A stretch of 10,593 nt of DNA from an uncultured Spirochaetota bacterium (GTDB lineage: Bacteria; Spirochaetota; Spirochaetia; SZUA-6; Fen-1364), in contig CAVUXE010000082.1 in the NCBI GenBank assembly GCA_963745235.1, forward strand, positions 1-10,593, written 5' to 3'. The notes under the pieces were generated by a model, which did not search any database, had not been told where the DNA came from, and was given only the letters and a program-made list of their open reading frames with translations. A program made the translations under genes and the position numbers. Positions 7,639 to 10,593 of the stretch are shown one piece after another. Within the stretch, counting starts at the first letter, position 1; each line of letters begins with the position of its first letter.

Positions 7639-7672
7639 GAAGTGCCATGGGCACTTCTGTTAATTGCGCTAC
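7639..7672 (+). other. Putative MOBQ oriT; predicted nick between 7668 and 7669
   Basis: Inverted repeat GAAGTGCC-ATG-GGCACTTC, then 3 nt, then TAATTGCG, matching the MOBQ TAAxTGCG core. It lies between divergent mob genes on the strand antisense to mobA, the usual MOBQ arrangement. Confidence 0.72.
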
Positions 7673-7744
7673 GGATACAAGCCACACAATAGCACTCACG
7701 TGCAAAATGGCGCAATGCGTCTGTGTGGCTTGTATCCGTAGCGC
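7666..7744. repeat. Perfect 23-bp inverted repeat with a 33-nt spacer
   Basis: GCGCTACGGATACAAGCCACACA (7666-7688) and TGTGTGGCTTGTATCCGTAGCGC (7722-7744). Confidence 0.9.
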
Positions 7745-7972
7745 CGCGCCCCCCTCGGGTCCCTTCTGTGTCGGGTTCCTACACTGAGGCTCCCGCGAAG
7801 TGTAGGCGACACGGAAGGCGAGGCGGGCGCGGCCTAAGATTCGTCTTCGATTCTGCGGGGTGGTGCTACCATGCGGCAGGGCTCCTGATCGTTCGCTACA
7901 GGCCCGCCACGCGCCTTGGCTGGCGGCTTTCTGGGCAGCTATGCTCTCGAAACAGTCTTCCAGGAGAAAAAC

Positions 7973-8398
7973 ATGCCTGAGCTCAAAGCCCAGATCGAAG
8001 AGGTGGAAAAGCAGTTGCAATCCGAACGGGCCGCCGCCAACCAGGCCAAGGACCCACGGGAGAAGACCGCCCACCTGCGAGTGATCAAGCGCCTGTATGC
8101 CAAGCTCGCCCAGCTCCAGATCGTGGGGGTAGTCCGCGCCGAGCGGGCTTCCAAGGTCGATGCGGCAAAGCTCCGCGCCCAGCGCTCGCACTTCATGTAC
8201 GTGGTCATGGGAGAGCTATTGAAAAAGGCCCGCGGGGATGAAGGCATCAAGAGCCTGATCAATCGGGCGGTGTCCTGGATCGGCAATCCGAAGGAAAAAG
8301 AGAAGGCAGTGAGACAGCTATCGCTTCTGCAGGCCGAATGGGCAAAGCCTGCAAAGCCCAAGGCAGCTCCACCAAAGCCGCCGGAGTCGAAGCGCTAG
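7973..8398 (+). CDS. Helical/coiled-coil protein divergent from mobA, putative MobC/MobS-like accessory protein (141 aa)
   Basis: ATG 7973 with AGGAG RBS. Basic coiled-coil sequence. Function is inferred only from position across oriT. Confidence 0.6.
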   Translation: MPELKAQIEEVEKQLQSERAAANQAKDPREKTAHLRVIKRLYAKLAQLQIVGVVRAERASKVDAAKLRAQRSHFMYVVMGELLKKARGDEGIKSLINRAVSWIGNPKEKEKAVRQLSLLQAEWAKPAKPKAAPPKPPESKR

Positions 8399-8506
8399 GC
8401 TGCGCCTTGTCCTTCAGCGCTGCGCTTGCGCCGGCGGCGTGTCACGGCGGAAAAACCATCTCTGTTTGATCACAAGATCACTTGACCATTGAGATCAGAT
8501 ACTTCC

Positions 8507-9103
8507 CTACCGAGCACGAAAAATGACAGCGTCTCTGACCATATCTTTTCTCAGTGTCCAGAGCGTTGCTTGGATTCTTTTCTGGCTGTACTTGTAGGAG
8601 ATACCTCTTGTGGCTACATGGATGTCGAAAATCTTGTCCCAACTTTTTCTTACCTCAACATGAAAGGCCTCGTTTTTCTTTGCTACCCCGGAGGGAACGT
8701 CAGCTCCGAGAGATTTGACAGTCGCATCGAATCGTTTTTCATCGACAACGGATTCTGGTAGATACCAGTAGTTAAGAACATAGTGCCACAACAGAAAGTC
8801 TGAGAGAAGAACGGCTGCCGGTTCAGCAGAGAACTCTACGAGTACGCCAACTTCGCCGCGCGGAAGATGTGCAGAAAAACGCAAATCAGGCCTTTTCTTT
8901 CTGTGATTTTCCCACTGAAACCAGGCCCAGATCGGCAAACACGCCGAGAAAGGCGGTGCACCTATTCTTTGCCGCATTTGGGCTTTCATCCAGCTGTAAG
9001 CTGAAAGAAATGAAGTTTCTGCGTGAGCCCGTCTTGCATGAAGGAAACCTTGCGCTTGCAAAGCTCTCCACGCAGGCAAGGCTTAAATAGTCCAAAGAAT
9101 CAT
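8507..9103 (-). pseudogene. DUF3841 family gene with a premature TAA at codon 7
   Basis: ATG 9103 gives MILWTI-stop-ALPAW, where the family N-terminus is LWTIQ. The rest has AY.WM..QM, PIWAW, RPDLR, VLLSDF..WH.VLN, SWDKIF and IQATLW. Confidence 0.8.
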
Positions 9104-9225
9104 CGCGCCTGTCAGGAGAAGTCCTCACTCATCTTAACTCTCGCCCTCGCGCGCTAAACCCACCAAACAGAATCCATGCCGCAGTGACCTTCCTGCCGGA
9201 GCGCTTCCGACTCTATGAGGACGCC

Positions 9226-9375
9226 TCATCCCGCTTGCTGAGTTTCTTCCCAGCCGAGCCGCGCCAATTCTCCGCCGTAGACTTCTTCCCCTTCGCACAG
9301 CCCGTCTCCCTCAACGCCGCTATAGTCCTCTCCCCGCTCATACTCCTGAAACAAATACAGCTGCTCACGCTTCAT
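9226..9375 (-). CDS. 49-aa acidic protein translationally coupled to rep (not in the supplied track)
   Basis: GGAGGAG RBS. ATG overlaps the upstream TGA (ATGA). Sequence MKREQLYLFQEYERGEDYSGVEGDGLCEGEEVYGGELARLGWEETQQAG. Confidence 0.55.
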   Translation of the reverse strand: MKREQLYLFQEYERGEDYSGVEGDGLCEGEEVYGGELARLGWEETQQAG

Positions 9376-10261
9376 AGCACTCCTCCCCTCACCCGCTTCC
9401 AAGGCAGGCTTGCTATTGCCGCCTCGATCCGTGCTGCACTCTGCGGATCCCTGTGCTCAGCCAGGATCCTCTCCCGTTCCCATTCAACAGCTTCCCTCTC
9501 GCGCTTTCGGTGCTGTACCTCGCGATCCCTCGATAGCCGTTCTCGTGATACCTTGCGCCATTTCAGAAAGTCCCGCGGAAAAAAACTCACCCTCTCGGGC
9601 GCCGTTTCGATACACGCTGTGAATGCCTGGATAAGCTCATCCTCGGGGATGCCGCTACGCGCAAGCTCTTCGATGCCCTCCGACCAGTCCCGTCCGACCA
9701 CCAGGGGCTTCTCCGAGCTTGGGCCTCTTGCTTTATGCGTTTGAGCAAAAAAGAGAGAGAGGGAACGACTTCGGGGCGGGAGTCTGTCCTGGGAGGGATA
9801 GCCTTGCCGCAGGCCGTCGAACGCGCTCCTCTCTCTCTTGGTTTTTCTGGATATAGTTCAGATTGGATATAGTTCGTGTGATCGTGGCTCACAGGGGGGT
9901 GTGATTCAGGCTCACAGGGGGTGTCGGCCTGGGTCACGGGGTGAGGCTGGGCCTTGATTGGCATGAGCTGGTAGACGTTGGAGGTCACCCCGCCGTCGGG
10001 ACGAAAGCGGGCGGTACGCTTCAGATAGCCTCGAGCCTCCAGGTGGGTGAGGCTCCGAGCTACCGTCTCTCTGGCGCATCGGGCGAACTTTCCGATTGTG
10101 GTCATGGAGGGCCAGCACATGCCCTCCCCGTCTGCGTGTTTGGCTATCGCCAAGTACACCAGGATATCGACCCGACTGAGAGTCTGGTCCTCGAGAATGA
10201 TGTTTTCGATGAGCGTAAAGGGCAGACGTCGACGCTCTACTCCGACGGAATCACTTTGCAT
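9372..10261 (-). CDS. Phage-type HTH (HTH_36-like) replication initiator, split over two frames (9587-10291 and 9372-9701)
   Basis: N-terminus FTLIEN.ILED..LS...ILVYLAI..HAD..G.CWPS..TI...A.CARETVARSL..LE..GYL...R...GG.TSN.Y.L, then a repeat-rich linker, then a helical C-terminal domain in the -1 frame. Start is ATG 10261 (GGAAGG) or 10291. Confidence 0.75.
9848..9944. repeat. Intragenic iteron-like repeats (candidate replication origin)
   Basis: Two tandem 23-mers at 9876-9898 and 9899-9921 (20/23 identical), each with TGTGA-N7-TCACA, a degenerate third copy to about 9944, and TGGATATAGTTC twice (9848-9859, 9864-9875). Confidence 0.65.
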
Positions 10262-10312
10262 ACCCTTCCAGAGGCGTAGCGCTCGGGACATACTCCAAGC
10301 GCTAATTTTTGC

Positions 10313-10341
10313 TTGACGTTCCGGAGGGTTTGGGCTATGAT
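10313..10341 (+). promoter_or_regulatory. Sigma70-type promoter
   Basis: TTGACG (10313-10318), 17-nt spacer, TATGAT (10336-10341). Confidence 0.75.
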
Positions 10342-10347
10342 CGGATT

Positions 10348-10412
10348 TACCACGTCAGAACATAGCCGCCCTCGGGCGGACAAGCTAAGCCCCCGCGCGA
10401 TGCGGGGGTTTT
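10348..10412 (+). ncRNA. Candidate ~65-nt countertranscript (antisense) RNA upstream of rep
   Basis: Bounded by a near-consensus promoter and a terminator hairpin. Contains an internal CCGCC-CTCG-GGCGG stem-loop. Opposite strand to rep, with no credible ORF. Confidence 0.6.
10387..10412 (+). terminator. Intrinsic terminator
   Basis: AAGCCCCCGC-GCGAT-GCGGGGG followed by TTTT. Confidence 0.7.
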
Positions 10413-10422
10413 GCATTGTTAG

Positions 10423-10439
10423 GCTGTTCGACGAACAGC
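10423..10439. promoter_or_regulatory. Palindrome, possible operator upstream of rep
   Basis: GCTGTTCG-A-CGAACAGC, next to the direct repeat TGTCAGG-T-TGTCAGG. Confidence 0.35.
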
Positions 10440-10593
10440 GTGATGTCAGGTTGTCAGGCTTTTCCTATAGGCTTGACCCCTCCCAAGATCGAAGACAAGG
10501 TACAATGCTCTTCTTTTCCTGTAAATAGATTCAATTCTTAGCCTTTTTTGACTTCGTATTTCTGACCGGCGGTTTTTGAATCTTCGCCCTGAG

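Larger units (their letters stand above)
1368..10440. mobile_element. Plasmid-like / integrated mobilizable element (recombinase + cargo + MOBQ mob + HTH rep); boundaries approximate
   Basis: Tyrosine recombinase, relaxase with oriT, and replication initiator co-occur with mixed cargo. No flanking att direct repeats were identified within the window. Confidence 0.7.

Noticed and set aside
7610-8361. Long antisense or overlapping ORFs (e.g. 7610-8191, 7939-8361, and similarly 1656-2012, 6325-6937, 7033-7479, 9184-9744)
   Set aside because: They are shadows of real genes in GC-rich DNA, with no RBS or recognisable motifs.
9213-9341. Alternative 42-aa ORF (MSGERTIAAL...) overlapping the 49-aa ORF
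   Set aside because: Its GGAG is only 1 nt from the ATG. The coupled 49-aa ORF has much better initiation signals.
9877-9916. CRP-binding sites (TGTGA...TCACA)
   Set aside because: The spacer is 7 nt rather than the required 6 and the sites are intragenic tandem repeats, so iterons are a better explanation.
9848-9944. CRISPR array
   Set aside because: The repeats are directly adjacent, with no spacers and no cas genes.
10380-10424. Integron attC site suggested by GTTAGGC
   Set aside because: There is no complementary RYYYAAC box at a suitable distance, and the recombinase lacks the integron-integrase insertion.
10473-10506. Promoter TTGACC...TACAAT
   Set aside because: The spacer is 22 nt, too long for sigma70.

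Overview
The window looks like a plasmid-like or integrated mobilizable element (about 1370-10440) next to a short flanking block (3' end of a membrane protein gene, an IS5/DUF772 transposase remnant and a type II pantothenate kinase). A Spirochaetia host is inferred from a lipoprotein with four FlgD-Ig-like repeats and an OmpA domain. The backbone has three parts. (1) A frameshifted Xer-like tyrosine recombinase with a dif-like 11-6-11 site over its own promoter. (2) A divergent MOBQ mobilization module: MobA/MobL relaxase, an overprinted membrane-anchored MobB-like ORF, an oriT with a TAATTGCG core plus an unusual 23-bp perfect inverted repeat, and a MobC-like gene. (3) A phage-type HTH replication initiator split across two frames, with intragenic palindromic repeats, a candidate ~65-nt countertranscript RNA, and a coupled 49-aa acidic ORF carrying a QLYLF clamp-binding-like motif. 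Cargo comprises a truncated TIGR02391-like gene, a DUF2582 wHTH, an IS110 fragment, the OmpA lipoprotein, DUF1488 and a DUF3841 gene with an early nonsense codon. All family assignments come from motif recognition by eye; no searches were run.
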